From a virus: DNA of 64,000 nucleotides. The DNA lies in the IMG/VR virus record IMGVR_UViG_3300043395_000996, positions 115,991 through 179,990 of that record; one strand, 5' to 3'. The notes under the pieces were generated by a model. It ran no database searches. It was not told where the DNA came from and was given only the letters and a program-made list of their open reading frames with translations. The translations under genes and the position numbers were made by a program. This document shows, in pieces, positions 36,082-46,200 of this stretch; position 1 is the stretch's first letter, and each line of letters opens with the position of its first letter.

Positions 36082-37489
36082 AACCTATTGTTTTAACGTT
36101 AATCATCTTATGTCTATTATAAATAGTATCAATTGATAAAAGTTCGTAATTCATACTATTAATTCCGTCATTTTTATAATTTATTTCTCCTTGCTGCATT
36201 TGTAAAACGTATCTTCTTTCGTTTCTTGCAGTTGTTTCACCTTTTGCCCATTTATCGATTCCACCTTCTTTTATCAATCCCTCCGTTTGGTGTGGTAAAC
36301 ATAAAAATTTACCATCTCTTCTATATGGTAAAATGGTATGTGGAATTTGTATTTGCTCTTTAACTATTTCTACATTTTCTAAATTTTCCAATTCATCATC
36401 AAAATCATAATCCAATATTAATCCATTTTGTGGAATTTGTTTGTGCATATTTTTGATTTCAGTTTTACCCAAACATCTATCCCACATTTTGATATCAGAA
36501 ATATATCCTTTAAAAAATACTTCGGTTGGTGATTTGGAATAACCAATTGTAAATGGCTCCATACCATATCTTTTCAATGGTTCATTAAAAAATAATGGAG
36601 ATTGTGTGCCAGTTCCTAATCTCGCATCACTTTCTCTACCATTCAAATAAAAATGTATTTTCTTTTTTTCAGAATCAACTGACATTGTAACCCAACTCCA
36701 TTGATTTTCATATCGTTTAATCCATTGGTATAAATGCCCTTTCATTCTATCCCAAAGTTGCATTGTATATGCTCTACTATTATTAAAAGATAATCCCCAA
36801 TCGTAACCAGGTTTTCTAAATATAGGATATTCTATAAATTGTCTTTCCCCATCCCCAATTAACCAAATTGGAACTTTTTCTATTTGCTGGTCTGCTTTTA
36901 CTAATACTGAAATTGTGTGAGAATTGGATAAACATTCTTTTAATTCTCTAGTTGGTCTATAAGTTGCTTTTGCATTTTCTCCATTAAAATATCCAACAAA
37001 CTTTTCTTCATTATATTCCAATTCCGTTTTTTCAACATAACCCTCCATCACACATCTCCAAAAAAGGTCATCATCTTCCATACCCCAATCCCAATAATCG
37101 TTTGAATAACCATTAGTTTTCTCCACTTGTTCTTTTGAAAAAATAACTGCTCCACCAAAGTATTCTTCATACTTTAATTGATAATCTGATTGTGAGATAC
37201 GAACTGCTATATGTTGTGGGTTATCGGTTGGAAACGAATAATCACAACTATCATCTTCCGGCACCATATCAATATCATGCCAAACGATGTAATCACATCC
37301 ATCATCGAATGCATGCTTAGCTGCAATGTTTTTCATTAAACCTCTATTAAAGAGTTTATCATCACATTGATGTGCTAAATAAATTGTATGCTCAATTCCT
37401 CTTTCTTCTAAAAATTTAGTAACGTGAGGAACAAACACTTTTAAATGTTCTTCTCTATTTCTATATGGAACGCATACTCCTAATTTCAT
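36071..37489 (-). CDS. GT7 galactosyltransferase-like enzyme with an inserted LamG domain
   Basis: VPYRNRE, FNRGLMKN, HDIDM, YFGG and GYSNDYWDWGMEDDDL, then a LamG insert, then the GT7 tail (PH...DGINSMNY). Confidence 0.8.
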   Translation of the reverse strand: MKLGVCVPYRNREEHLKVFVPHVTKFLEERGIEHTIYLAHQCDDKLFNRGLMKNIAAKHAFDDGCDYIVWHDIDMVPEDDSCDYSFPTDNPQHIAVRISQSDYQLKYEEYFGGAVIFSKEQVEKTNGYSNDYWDWGMEDDDLFWRCVMEGYVEKTELEYNEEKFVGYFNGENAKATYRPTRELKECLSNSHTISVLVKADQQIEKVPIWLIGDGERQFIEYPIFRKPGYDWGLSFNNSRAYTMQLWDRMKGHLYQWIKRYENQWSWVTMSVDSEKKKIHFYLNGRESDARLGTGTQSPLFFNEPLKRYGMEPFTIGYSKSPTEVFFKGYISDIKMWDRCLGKTEIKNMHKQIPQNGLILDYDFDDELENLENVEIVKEQIQIPHTILPYRRDGKFLCLPHQTEGLIKEGGIDKWAKGETTARNERRYVLQMQQGEINYKNDGINSMNYELLSIDTIYNRHKMINVKTIGYGI

Positions 37490-38901
37490 TATATACCAAC
37501 ATTTATTATTCTAATATTTTTATCTAATTTTTTAACACCATGTTCAATAAATTCTAAAGTAGATAATCCATCGTTTTTTAATAAATTATCATCATTACTA
37601 ACTTCATTTACAAATCTCAATTGATTCCATCTCGTACATTCATTTTTCCATTTATTATCAACAAATCCATTTTCTTCGTGTTTTAACGATTGAAATCTAC
37701 ATTTTTTTCTAAATGGTATTAAGTGATTTATTGATTGCGGTTCATTTGATTCGACAATTTCACAAGCTACAATTTCTGCATAATTTTTATTTCCAGATAA
37801 ATCTTTTAATCTATATTCATCTATTTTAGATGCATCATAATACATTTTTAATGATGTAGATTTTTGAATAGTTTCATCTAATTCAGTTCCTAATTTGTAA
37901 ATTTTATCATCAGATAAAACATCATCAAAATATGCGAATGATTTAAAATATCCTTTAAAAAAATTTGGAATTTTAATTCTTTCGGGATTTCCCACTCCAA
38001 TATAACAATTATTAACTATTTTATAATCTATTAAAAATTTTCGTATTTGAGCCGTTTCCCCTATATAAATTCCGTCTTGATAAACTTTTATTACTTTATC
38101 ATTTGCATCATATACAATTGTTATGTTTGTTAAATAATTTGGCTTTATTTCTGAATTTACAAAATGAGAATTCAGTTTATAATCAAATGCGCAAAAATTA
38201 TATCTATGAAAAGATGTATATGATATAGCAAAATCATATCCGGGTATACTGAATATAGTAAACTCATCGGATTCTTTTTTATGGTCTAATTTTAAATCAT
38301 CTGGGCAAAATGTAACGGATATTGTAAAATGATAATTGAAATCTATTACATTTTTTATTTTTATATGAGAGTCGATTCCATTAAGTTTTAATAATTTTCT
38401 ATTACCTATATTTTTAAAAATTTTAGAATCCAAAGATACATTATTCTTTTTGCATCTTAACAATAAATCATCATCTTCATACCCCCATCCCCAATACTTA
38501 TTTGAATAACCATCTATATTTTCAAAAATTTCGGTTGGAAACATAGTTACGCCACCAAAATATGTATCAAATATTTCTCTGTTTTTTTCTCCTTGAGAAT
38601 AATAAAAATTAGTAGCTAAATGTAATGGAATATGTGAATATGTGTAATCCACACTTAATGGAATCATATCCACATCGTGAAATACTACATAATCACATTT
38701 TAATTTTTTTGCATAAGTAAATCCAATATTAAGAAGCATACCACGATTGAATAATTTAGCATCATCTTGTTCAACTATTATTAATTCATAATCGATACGA
38801 CCATTATTGAAATAATTAACCAATGCTTGTTTAAATACTTCTAAATGTTCGTATCGATTTCTATATGGTACAATAATCCCTAATTTGTGATTACTACTCA
38901 T
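37489..38901 (-). CDS. GT7 galactosyltransferase-like enzyme with an inserted LamG domain
   Basis: VPYRNR, FNRGMLLNIG, HDVDM and GYSNKYWGWGYEDDDL, then a LamG insert, then KH...DGLSTL. Confidence 0.8.
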   Translation of the reverse strand: MSSNHKLGIIVPYRNRYEHLEVFKQALVNYFNNGRIDYELIIVEQDDAKLFNRGMLLNIGFTYAKKLKCDYVVFHDVDMIPLSVDYTYSHIPLHLATNFYYSQGEKNREIFDTYFGGVTMFPTEIFENIDGYSNKYWGWGYEDDDLLLRCKKNNVSLDSKIFKNIGNRKLLKLNGIDSHIKIKNVIDFNYHFTISVTFCPDDLKLDHKKESDEFTIFSIPGYDFAISYTSFHRYNFCAFDYKLNSHFVNSEIKPNYLTNITIVYDANDKVIKVYQDGIYIGETAQIRKFLIDYKIVNNCYIGVGNPERIKIPNFFKGYFKSFAYFDDVLSDDKIYKLGTELDETIQKSTSLKMYYDASKIDEYRLKDLSGNKNYAEIVACEIVESNEPQSINHLIPFRKKCRFQSLKHEENGFVDNKWKNECTRWNQLRFVNEVSNDDNLLKNDGLSTLEFIEHGVKKLDKNIRIINVGI

Positions 38902-39106
38902 TTTCTTTTACAAACTTTGTATGAAATTCTGCTAAATAATATTGTACTCTTTCGCTCCATTCATCTTTATCAATTTCTTCAAACCACACAGTTAAAGCAT
39001 CTAATGAATTTGCAATTTTTTCTAATGCTTTTACTTTTCTAGTTTCCAAAATCAATTGTTCATCGTTTGTAGGTATTGTTTCTGTTTTTTGTGTACTTTT
39101 TGCCAT
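38894..39106 (-). CDS. Small hypothetical protein
   Basis: 70-aa ORF with its own sigma-A-type promoter. Confidence 0.55.
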   Translation of the reverse strand: MAKSTQKTETIPTNDEQLILETRKVKALEKIANSLDALTVWFEEIDKDEWSERVQYYLAEFHTKFVKENE

Positions 39107-39127
39107 AATTATTCGTTTAAATTTTTA

Positions 39128-39159
39128 CAAAGATAAGTAATTTATTTTAATTTTCCAAA
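39128..39159 (-). promoter_or_regulatory. Bacteroidota-type sigma-A promoter (TTTG-N20-TATCTTTG)
   Basis: -33 box at 39156-39159, -7 box at 39128-39135; very similar to the portal promoter. Confidence 0.75.
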
Positions 39160-39996
39160 CTATATTTTAACTATTTCATTTATTAATGAATTCCATTGAC
39201 AATACGAACCAACACCCGATTTTTCTATTTTAAATTCGGGATTGGTAATGTCAATTTCAAAATTATTTCTCCTAATAGCTTGATACATTTTTAAATATTC
39301 TTTTGAAAATGCGTAATCCTTTCTAATATCAGCAACTGCTTTTATTCTTTCTACACAAGTACTATCCCATTTGAAATGATGTACCTGAACACTATACTCA
39401 TCTATTGGTGCAATTAATTTATTATCCGATTGTGGGCCCCAAAGAACTTCTCCATTTACTTTTGCATAATGCTGTCCATTGGTAATTTCAACATATCCTT
39501 TCATTACGCAAATTTTATTTGGACATGCTCCACTTAATGGGTATCTAAAGAATCCTGCTAATGGAAATTGTTCAAATATATTTTTATAAGGTTGTATTTC
39601 AGGAAAACTCCCACCTTCCCCAATTCTATCTACGAATCCACCTCTTACAATATCCCATCCATTTGTTTCACAATCTTCTATTAAAAATGGTAATGGCATT
39701 GGATACATATGAAATTCATCATCGTCTGCTATAACCCACCAATCATCGGGGTATTGTGATTTTATTTCATTATATAATTCAGTTACAACTTCCCAATTAA
39801 ACTTTTCTCTTTTTTCAACTTTTACAACTTTTGCTGATGGGAAATTTTCTAATATTTTTCCAACTTCTGCTAATATGTTAGTACCTTCCCATTCATATAC
39901 GACAACAAACATTTCATCAACTATGTGTCGATAATGATTCAACATATGCCAAAGTGTATTTGTGCGAGAACCCGTAACAGTTAATAATCTAGTCAT
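39160..39996 (-). CDS. GT-A (family 2-like) glycosyltransferase
   Basis: WWVIADDDEF DxD motif, RGGFVDR and VHHFKW. Confidence 0.7.
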   Translation of the reverse strand: MTRLLTVTGSRTNTLWHMLNHYRHIVDEMFVVVYEWEGTNILAEVGKILENFPSAKVVKVEKREKFNWEVVTELYNEIKSQYPDDWWVIADDDEFHMYPMPLPFLIEDCETNGWDIVRGGFVDRIGEGGSFPEIQPYKNIFEQFPLAGFFRYPLSGACPNKICVMKGYVEITNGQHYAKVNGEVLWGPQSDNKLIAPIDEYSVQVHHFKWDSTCVERIKAVADIRKDYAFSKEYLKMYQAIRRNNFEIDITNPEFKIEKSGVGSYCQWNSLINEIVKI

Positions 39997-40758
39997 TTAT
40001 TTTTTTGTTAGTATGCATAACCCAGTAGATGTAGGTAATTTGCCACTAAAGATACGAAAATTTTTTAAATTAACCAAATTCCATTCATCATTTTTTTCTA
40101 ATTCTTTTACAAATTTTGCAGGCCCATCAAAAGGTGCAAAATCTTTTTTAGCACTTTCGGTTACAACAAATGTATTATGATATTGTTGGTCTGTATCGTG
40201 GATTGTGATAATTCCATTTTCAGCCATTATTTGTGAATACAATTCAAAATCCTTTTTAACACCTTCGTATGAATGGTCGCCATCTATGTGTAAATAGTCA
40301 ATTTTAATATCTTGTCTTACGAAGTAATCATAAAATGCTTTTTCAGAAGTTTCTAAAATTATTTGCGGAGAGAAGTGTTGCCTTAAAAAAGAATTTTCAG
40401 AAGTCCAATCGGTAAATCCGCCAACACCATTTGCCGCATCTACTACTATTGTAGTTCCAACATCACCCCATTCATTTTGTGGATTCCCTTCGAATATTTT
40501 TTGGTGCCACAAATCTACACGAGATTGAGTCATAAGTCGTGGAATAAATCCACCACCGCTACCAATACATACGCATACTTTTGCTCTGATGAATTGTATT
40601 AAAGAATATACCATTAACCCATCACCCAAATGTAAATCGGTTGCACCATGTGTCCATCGATAATTTATTGGTGTATGAACTATATTACCATCTTCATCGA
40701 TGATATGATTATTGGTTAAATAATCTTTAACTATATTTAAATTGATAAGACTTTGCAT
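39997..40758 (-). CDS. Class I SAM-dependent methyltransferase (Methyltransf_24-like)
   Basis: CIGSGGG and IDYLHIDGDHSYEGV..D....GII.IHDT. Start moved to ATG 40758. Confidence 0.8.
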   Translation of the reverse strand: MQSLINLNIVKDYLTNNHIIDEDGNIVHTPINYRWTHGATDLHLGDGLMVYSLIQFIRAKVCVCIGSGGGFIPRLMTQSRVDLWHQKIFEGNPQNEWGDVGTTIVVDAANGVGGFTDWTSENSFLRQHFSPQIILETSEKAFYDYFVRQDIKIDYLHIDGDHSYEGVKKDFELYSQIMAENGIITIHDTDQQYHNTFVVTESAKKDFAPFDGPAKFVKELEKNDEWNLVNLKNFRIFSGKLPTSTGLCILTKK

Positions 40759-41717
40759 ATTTGAATAACCCAATTTTGTTTATTTGTATATTTTTCTAAT
40801 CCTTTTTTTAATCTGTCAAATTGTTTTTTATTTTTTTCAAATCCATCTTCTAATATTCTTAAATATTGATAATTGAATTGTTTTTTATTCATTGCTCTAT
40901 ATCGATATTTAATATCTTTCATCCAATCTGAATGTATTATAGGTAATTTACCATTATCAATTGCATCAAAGATTGCATAACCAAATGGTTCTTTTGTATA
41001 ACATCCGTGAAATATTTTGAAATCTTTTTCAAAGAATTTATAATGAAAACGATAATCAAATTCTATGAATGTATGTACATCTGCGTTTATCTTACTACCC
41101 TCCAACATTCGTTTGTAATCGTATTTGTTTGAGAATATAAAAGCAGGTATTCCATCCAAATAATGTGCGTTTTTTCTCGTTTCACATCTTGCGGCATATC
41201 CTACTTTATTACTTACTACATCCGTATATGGTTTGTTGTGTTTCCATTCATAATAATTTGTAATAGTAATTGTATTCGGAAAATAGGTATGAATAGTATC
41301 TTTTTCATAACCTATCCAAACTATATTTTTAGAATTGTCCAAAATATCCTTTTGCCAATGCCAATCTAATCTTGTCATTAGATTTTCATACTCATCATTT
41401 AATCCCAACATATCAGGTATGAAAGCATGAACAAATGTTGTGTGAGTTTTATGTAGATACTTTTTGATTATAGGATTTGGTTTATAAGAATGATGTAAGA
41501 ATACAATCTTATCACACTCATTTAATATCCTATCTATTTCATCATCGTTTTGGTAAGTGTATATTGCACCTTTTTCTGGCAACAAAGGTCTACCATCAAC
41601 TACAATTTTGTAATCTTCCGTAACTAATGGTAAAACGTTCTCTACAAAGTTGTTACACCATATATCCGAACCCCCTACTACATTTTTTCCGTAACCAGTT
41701 GTTATGAATACTATCAT
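40737..41717 (-). CDS. GT-B (family 4-like) glycosyltransferase
   Basis: GGSDIW, VGYAARCETRKN and EPFGYAIFDA (EPFG..x.EA-like motif). Confidence 0.7.
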   Translation of the reverse strand: MIVFITTGYGKNVVGGSDIWCNNFVENVLPLVTEDYKIVVDGRPLLPEKGAIYTYQNDDEIDRILNECDKIVFLHHSYKPNPIIKKYLHKTHTTFVHAFIPDMLGLNDEYENLMTRLDWHWQKDILDNSKNIVWIGYEKDTIHTYFPNTITITNYYEWKHNKPYTDVVSNKVGYAARCETRKNAHYLDGIPAFIFSNKYDYKRMLEGSKINADVHTFIEFDYRFHYKFFEKDFKIFHGCYTKEPFGYAIFDAIDNGKLPIIHSDWMKDIKYRYRAMNKKQFNYQYLRILEDGFEKNKKQFDRLKKGLEKYTNKQNWVIQICKVLSI

Positions 41718-41729
41718 AAATTATTTTAT

Positions 41730-43277
41730 TTAATTAATTGGTAATGAACTACCATCGCATTTAATTGCATCATATAATGTAGCACCATCCCAATACCTAA
41801 TCCATGCTCCATCTGAATAATATCCGAAACCGGGTGAGCCTGTTCCATTTGAATTCAAATGAAATTCGGTTGCCAATTTCCAACTACTATCATTCGGTCC
41901 TATGTAATAGGTACTTGTTGTAGAATTACATGCCGTTTGTGCATCGCCATCTACCCCCAAATATACTTCAGGATAATATACATACCCACAATCTGTTGAA
42001 TTTGTTTGAATATCTACCCAAATAATACCACAATTTCCATCATAATATCTTTGTTGTTTTGTAGTTCCACTACAACGATAATCGCTTGGAGATGTACCAG
42101 CTGGTCCATATCCTGGACATGCTACTGGGCAATTTTGTCTAGATGAAAATGGTTGAACAGTATTACCTGAATACGGCTTACCAACCGCAACGTATCTTCC
42201 ATTATATGATATCCACCCAATAATACTTCCCATTCCATATGAACTAAATGCTACAGACGTAAATGTACTTGCATTTTCAAAAGTAGCACCTTGTGGCATT
42301 TCTACTTCAATACCACTACCAATATCACATCCTCCATTTGTTCCGCTTGGTTCACCCCCATCATTTACACTTTTAAATCTAACTGATAGTAAATTTGGAG
42401 CAGGTGGTAGATTGAATGTTATTTCATTGAAACTTACAACATTTCCAGCATTATCTGCTAAAAAAGGTATATATGAACCATTTGCCAAATTGTATATATA
42501 ATCACCGATTGCTCTTTGAGTTGCATCTGTATTTAAATACCAATAATATCCAGCCCCACTACCTCCACTAGCAGTTGCAACTCTAATGTATCCTGAACCA
42601 GCATATCCTCCACCCGATTGAACTGTTCCTGTCAATGATGGGTAATTACAACTAATTGCAAATGAATATAAATTTTGAGTATTGCCAACACTATCTCTAA
42701 TTTGTATCATCCATGCGCCGTTTGATAATATTGCACCCGTAGTACCCGTACCGCTTATCCAATTAGAATACGATGAATCAGGTTCAGATTCTAATTTATA
42801 TCTAAAGCTATATGGTGCTCCACTACCACCACTATACGATGAAACATTTATATAACCTTTATTTGGTGCTTGAGTTTGACAACCATATGTTGTAGATGCT
42901 GATAAATATAATGTACACGTTCCGTTTGCATTTGCATATGCTTGTCCTTCTGAATTAAAATTTGCATCACCACTTGCCAATGAGTTTGCATTTGCTTGTG
43001 AAATATATGAAGTATAAGTTTTTGAATAAGTAACACTACTTGCGGTATATCCAGCTGAACAATTGTTTCTTGTAAACGTACCACTTCTTGTTGCTGTCCA
43101 ATATTGAGATGATTTACCTCTAAATTCTAACATTTGTAAATCATTAGTACCATCGGTTGTATATGAAACCGCATATGCAGTTCCTGCTGCAGCTAAATCT
43201 ATTTGAGTACCAGATGCAATATTTCTATCGGTATTAAATAGATTCATTGATATTTCGCCAGTATTAGGAATTGCCAT
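41730..43277 (-). CDS. Tail-fibre tip / adhesin with DUF5977-like and Cys-rich modules
   Basis: N-terminal MAIPNTGEISM; SGTFTRNNCSAGY...SQANAN...GQAYANANGTC (DUF5977-like); lies directly downstream of the fibre gene. Confidence 0.6.
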   Translation of the reverse strand: MAIPNTGEISMNLFNTDRNIASGTQIDLAAAGTAYAVSYTTDGTNDLQMLEFRGKSSQYWTATRSGTFTRNNCSAGYTASSVTYSKTYTSYISQANANSLASGDANFNSEGQAYANANGTCTLYLSASTTYGCQTQAPNKGYINVSSYSGGSGAPYSFRYKLESEPDSSYSNWISGTGTTGAILSNGAWMIQIRDSVGNTQNLYSFAISCNYPSLTGTVQSGGGYAGSGYIRVATASGGSGAGYYWYLNTDATQRAIGDYIYNLANGSYIPFLADNAGNVVSFNEITFNLPPAPNLLSVRFKSVNDGGEPSGTNGGCDIGSGIEVEMPQGATFENASTFTSVAFSSYGMGSIIGWISYNGRYVAVGKPYSGNTVQPFSSRQNCPVACPGYGPAGTSPSDYRCSGTTKQQRYYDGNCGIIWVDIQTNSTDCGYVYYPEVYLGVDGDAQTACNSTTSTYYIGPNDSSWKLATEFHLNSNGTGSPGFGYYSDGAWIRYWDGATLYDAIKCDGSSLPIN

Positions 43278-46200
43278 TATTTATTTTTTAATTCGTTTAT
43301 TTCGTTTTTTAATTCTTTTATAGCTTCAATTAAAAGTGGAACTACTTTTTCATATCTAACAGCTAAATATCCATCTTTTCTCTCAACAACAACTTCGGGT
43401 AAAACTTCTTTTATTTGTTGTGCGATAACGCCAACATCATGCTTTTTAACTAAAAGATTTGCATCAGGGTCATCTCCAATATGTTCTTGCATATATTCTT
43501 CAGTCCAATCAAATTCTACACCATTTAATTTATCAATTTTCTCCAATGCATTTTCAATAGGAATAATATTTTCTTTTAATCTTTCATCCGATGATGCATA
43601 TGCTATGATATTTCCTGTAGCTGATAAATCTCCTCCAATTTTAACATATGCTCCACTAAATGTACTTCTATCAATTCTAAAATATTTATCGGTTGCATTA
43701 ACTACTTGAAATCCTTTATCGGTAATTTCAGTTGCTTCTACCGATGAACCCAATGAAACATTTGAAGCGGAGCTACTTTTTGAATAAAATTGAGTAGTAG
43801 CAGTTGTATTACTATATAGAGTTCTATTCCAAACCAATCTTGCATAATATGTGCCAGATGTTGGTGCTGAAAATGCTATTGGATTTGTTGCAGCTGCTAT
43901 TGAAACTGTTCCTGCACTACTTATACCACCACTACTAATTGTACCATATCCGAGTATATTATTGAATCCGGCATCCGATGCTATTTGCCAAGCTACACCA
44001 ACATATAAATATCCACTCCATCCACCAGGGGTAGTTGCAACCCCACCAACTGCTGACATCGATATTGTTCCACTATATGTACCTCCGGCAGGTACACTAA
44101 ATGAAAAAGATGTACCATATAAAGATTGAGAACCTATATTTGATACCGCATCTGACCAAGAAAAGAAATTATAACTAGCAAATGGTATGCTTATACTATT
44201 ACCTGCTCCCAAATTCGTTAAATCACCTGCTCTTATTGTTAATTTTGGATTACCAGATGTATCATTTACAGCAATCAATGGTGATGGTGAAAATATTAAT
44301 CTACTATATCCACTACCATCTGGTGGTGAAGATAATTTATCAGGATTAATATTCCATCCACCAATTGTTCCTTGCGTAAATGTTGCAGTTTTACCTGTAA
44401 AATTCAATGCAGAAATATGAGAAGCATCTAAAGTATTTGCAACAACTTTACCCGTTGTAATAGAGTTATCATCTATATATGTGGCGTTTACACTATTCAA
44501 TGTTGATAATGTGCCCAATCCACTAACCTTTGTATTTGGAACAGTAACACCAGGTTGTAAAGTCAATGATGTTGCGGTTATTCCACCATTAATAGCTAAC
44601 GTACTACCATCAAATGTTAATTTATCACCTAATGAAAATATATTAGTAGAACCCGATTTAAAATAGAATGGTGTATTAGAATTATTATATGTACCAGTTC
44701 CAACATATATTGCTTTATTAGTACCATCCAATGTTATACCACCACTACCTACTTTTAAAACATTTGAAATATACCCATTTGCTCCTGCTATGACAGGTGA
44801 TATTATACTATCATTACTAATCAATGTACCACCATTGTATGAACCATTTGCTATACTATCCGCAATTGATTTTGCATTATTATATGCTACAGATGCCGAT
44901 AATGCTGCGTTTGAACCGGCAATCGAAGCTGCTGCTGAACCTGATGAAACTGCATTTGAACCGATAGTATTTGCATAAGTTTGAGTTGCCGCATTACCAC
45001 CTGTTACATTTATTGTTCCATTAACAGTCAGTGCACTACCATTCCAAAGTAACTGGTCTTTTAGTGAAAATTTGCCAGAACTATCCAAATAAACCGATGT
45101 ATCTGTATTATTGTAATTACCTACTCCTATGTATATTTTACGAGTTGTAGTTCTTGCATCTAAATTTATTTGCTGTGCAGATGTATCGCCAACTGTAAAT
45201 AATTCCTTTATGTATCCAACTTGCCCACCAATCGCAGGAGAATAAATTACAGTATCTCCTATAAATGAACCACTAAATTGACCATTTGCTAATTGTTGAA
45301 CTTTGGATAATGATGATGATAATATTAATACATTTGAAGCACTTACAGATGAACTTAATGATGTAATCGAAGATGATACTGAACCACTCAATGTTACAAT
45401 AGTTCCACTAACCGATGAACTTACATTTGTTAAACTGCCACTAATAGAACCACTCGTTACAACAATAGTTCCACTAATAGAAGATGATACGGCATATAGT
45501 TCTGCTAATGATGATGATTGAGATGCGCTTATAAAAATTAATGTTCCACCTAAATTATTATTACCACCGGTAAATAATGCAGATTGTGTTACGGCAACCG
45601 GCACATAGTTATTATTTACATCATAAAATTCAAAATTGAATTCATATGTTTCATTACCAATTACAGTTGGCATAGATGTTACAAATTCAATTTCGGATGG
45701 AGAAAACGCACTATCTTGTGTCAATTTTAAACTAACATTTCCTAAATGCCATTCGTTTTGTGATTGTGAGAAATATAAACTAGCCGTTGGCTCTGCTTTA
45801 GGTAAACTAAATTGAATTATTTGGTCTTTTAAATTTTTAGTAGGTGTTATACCATTTAAAGTTCCAATTAAATATTCACCATTATTAGAACCACTAATAT
45901 AAATTTCCAAATCACTTTCGGTTGATGCAGAATAAAAAGCATCCAATCCCAATTCATATACACTAACATCGGATAAATTCAAAGATGAACTATATTTGAA
46001 TTTACCAGCTCCATTTAATTTAACACCATTATCAATACGGCTTGATGTTAATTCAGTAGTTACACCATCTACAATCCATAATTTTTCTAAAGTTTCCGAT
46101 GTGAATAATCCACCATTACCAACTACACTACCACTCAACTCATAGGTTGATAATAATTCCTTTGATTCAACTAAAATATCTTGTATTAAATCGGAATCGG

